Below, piece after piece: positions 61,601-64,000 of a stretch of DNA of 64,000 nt (position 1 is its first letter; every line of letters starts with the position of its first letter). Origin of the DNA: Eutreptiella sp. 'Long Island Sound 2002' (lineage: Eukaryota; Protista; Euglenida); contig OZ038378.1 in assembly GCA_964036045.1 (NCBI GenBank), forward strand, positions 196,726,001-196,790,000, read 5' to 3'. The notes under the pieces were generated by a model. That model was not told the origin of the DNA and did no database searches. It was given only the letters and a program-made list of their open reading frames with translations. Made by a program: the position numbers and the translations under genes.

Positions 61601-63469
61601 AAAAAGTAACTGCTGGCCGGAATCCCCCTTTGGGGGGGATGGGGGGGGGGTCCCAGGAGGGGGCAGCCAAGCGCAACTTTGCCTCCGACTTTGGCTCCCC
61701 CGGGGCTCTTCTTCCCGCCATCAACAGCGCCTACGAGTTTGCCTCTTGGACCCCCACGGCCCCCCGCCACCCGCAGTCCATCCGATGCGGCGTTCGCATC
61801 GGTCAAACCCCGGGCAAAGGACAGCGCGCGTGGAACGCCAACCGCCAGACGGGGCTCATCTGAAGGCCCGACCCCCTTCGATACGGCGGCTGATAAGAGG
61901 GGCCCGCAGAGGTACCCAAATGCCCGTCTCTGGAGGTGGGGGCCGTGGATCGGTGAGTGCGTGAGCAATCCGCAGCAGGAGTGCAGTCCGGTACAGTGGG
62001 GACGGGGCAGGGTGGTTGATTTTGGTAAAAAGCTCTGACCAGAGCGGGGGGGGGGGGGGGCAGGCTGGCGGGTAGGCGAATGTGAACCATCCATTAGGTG
62101 CGTTTGGAATCGTTGTCATGTCAAGCGCTTGGGTATCCCATGGACGGGTGAGGGGCCGAGGGCTTGACATACTCGTAAATATAAGTATACGGCACGTGAG
62201 TGGGAGGGAGAGAAAGCGAGAGAGATATATATAGAATAGTGTACAAACGTGCGCGAGAGCCTTCGGATTACAGCAAAATGGAGGGAGCAAGGAACACGCC
62301 ATTTATGCACACGGGGACAGGGGTTCTGCACGACCCCTATCCGGAGCCCATAGAATCTCAGGTACTCCAAAAACAGAGCACTGGGGTTATTTTTGGGGGG
62401 GGGGGGCGGTGTTGAACGCTGCTGAAGATAGGGAAAGCCCCACAAACACCCGGTGGGGACTTTGGTTGCGGTTACGAAGGTAAATTGTCCCCGTGTGGAC
62501 TCGGAACCCACCGCCCCTGGGGCAGGTCAATGCTGTACCCCCCACCCCCACCCCACCACCACCACCACCAATGTCAATGGCATTCATCGACGCGCATCAG
62601 TCAGCAGCAAGGACCATGCAGTCAGCAGCACGGCCACGAAACACACCGTATGACCTCGCCAGGTCGCAGTGACCCCCAAATCCCTGCTGAGGTGCGGACG
62701 GGAAGCCGATGGTTCGCACTCACTGTGGGGTGTGCCCAGAAGGGGTGCTACGAAGGGGGTGTTTCTGCACAGCGCGCGCACAGCGCCCAATAGTAAATCA
62801 CCCTAAAAACCAACCCAGCCTCCAAATTGGCGAAGAAATCCCAACAAATCGGCGAACAAATCGGCGGACCGATTTTTCGCCAAAACAGGCTCCCAGTGCC
62901 CTGGATCTCAGTCCCAGGCCCCAAACACACCTTCGTTTTGGTTGCTCTGTCGTTGGAGTCATGTGGAAACCCAAAATATCTCGTAATTTTCGAAAATAAA
63001 TTTGTCTCTCGGTCTGTACATGGTCCCTGAGCCATATGACAGTTTCAGGGGGTGGTCCAGTGGTGTATGCACTGGTCTATAAATTGGCTGACGTGGGTTC
63101 AATTCCCAAACCGATTTTTTTTGCATTTTTTGTCGCTTGTCTTGATGAGAAAATTGGTTTTCTATGCACAAACAACGCCTGCCGAAAGAAGATGAATGCA
63201 CACAGGCTTCCCATTTCCATCTCACTGTGTGCTGGGTGGGTGTGCAACCAACCAACTCTGATCTGCAACCAAAGCTGTCCTGCAGTAGTCAATCTGATGG
63301 GTCTTTTTGTGGGCAGTAAAAACACTTCATGGTGCCAATCTGAACAACCAATATAGAAAGAAAAGGTATTATCCAGTGTCCCAAAGGAAGTGATGCACAT
63401 CTTAGAGTGACGCCTCCAAATCAGGTGTCCTAGAATCTCAAGCCCCAACAAGTCAGCAGAACGAATCGG

Positions 63470-63615
63470 CCAAATCACAGAAACCCCACAAATCGGCAGA
63501 ACAACTCGGCGGAATTCAGAAACCAAACAAATCGGCAGATCAAATCGGCGGAATTCAGAAACCCAACAAATCGGCAGAACAAATCGGCGAAATCGGCCGA
63601 ATTCGGCCGCCGATT
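63470..63615 (+). repeat. Short tandem caaatcggc(a/g)gaa..-type repeats; related at ~62820-62880
   Basis: caaatcggcagaacaaatcggcggaattcagaaacc repeated. Confidence 0.7.
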
Positions 63616-64000
63616 TGGGGGCTGGGTTAAAAAACCACCCACCACCGGGGGAGCTGCGTCCACGGGGCAAAAACAGCAGATTTAGACAGCACACTGGCAT
63701 TTTTAGTGAGAAACATAGTTCGTTTTAACTCATTATCTGAAGTTTTGGACTGAGTAAGAGTCTGAGTATTTCCCTGTATGGGAACACGGTAGTTACTGCG
63801 GTCACCTTGGCCATCAGGGGAAATGAATCCAAAGTAGCCTACTTTTCGCACAGCGCGGGCACAGCGCACACAAGGGGCTGCTCCTGACGAAAGTGAGGTC
63901 CCACTGCCGGGCACTAGTGACATGTCCGATAGATCGCTGGTGCAGAACCATCAGCGCCTGCGTGAAGCACTGACACAGGTCCCCAGGGACGCCGAGGGGC

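Noticed and set aside
63917-64000. Possible plus-strand ORF start MSDRSLVQNHQRLREALTQ.. at the window edge
   Set aside because: Only ~28 codons visible; nothing diagnostic.

Overview
This is eukaryotic, intron-containing, repeat-rich DNA; a euglenozoan (euglenid-like) source is my inference from very GC-rich exons, GT-AG introns and a gag-YR-RT/RH retroelement of the VIPER/TATE layout. There are only two credible host genes, both on the minus strand: (1) a three-exon gene (13438-12914, 7768-7298, 3980-835, continuing beyond the window start) for a coiled-coil + 5-6 degenerate RRM + RING protein, and (2) an NMNAT/NadD-type nucleotidyltransferase exon (44782-45500). Between them lies a nest of mobile elements. 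A tyrosine-recombinase retrotransposon with split direct repeats (42125 to 19685) is cut inside its RT by a 17.7-kb insertion bounded by a 12-bp duplication. That insertion holds two RNase H-bearing LINEs in tandem, and the second LINE is itself interrupted by a 6.9-kb TIR element (25133-32061, CAC...GTG ends). This element encodes a decayed transposase whose motifs match the RAG1 core in order, plus three extra co-oriented ORFs; it is the most notable object in the window. The right third holds a 20-bp satellite with inverted blocks, an ~8-kb 21-bp satellite ending in a fold-back, and dispersed non-coding repeats. No rRNA, tRNA or CRISPR array is supported. All protein assignments are by-eye motif matches, not database searches.
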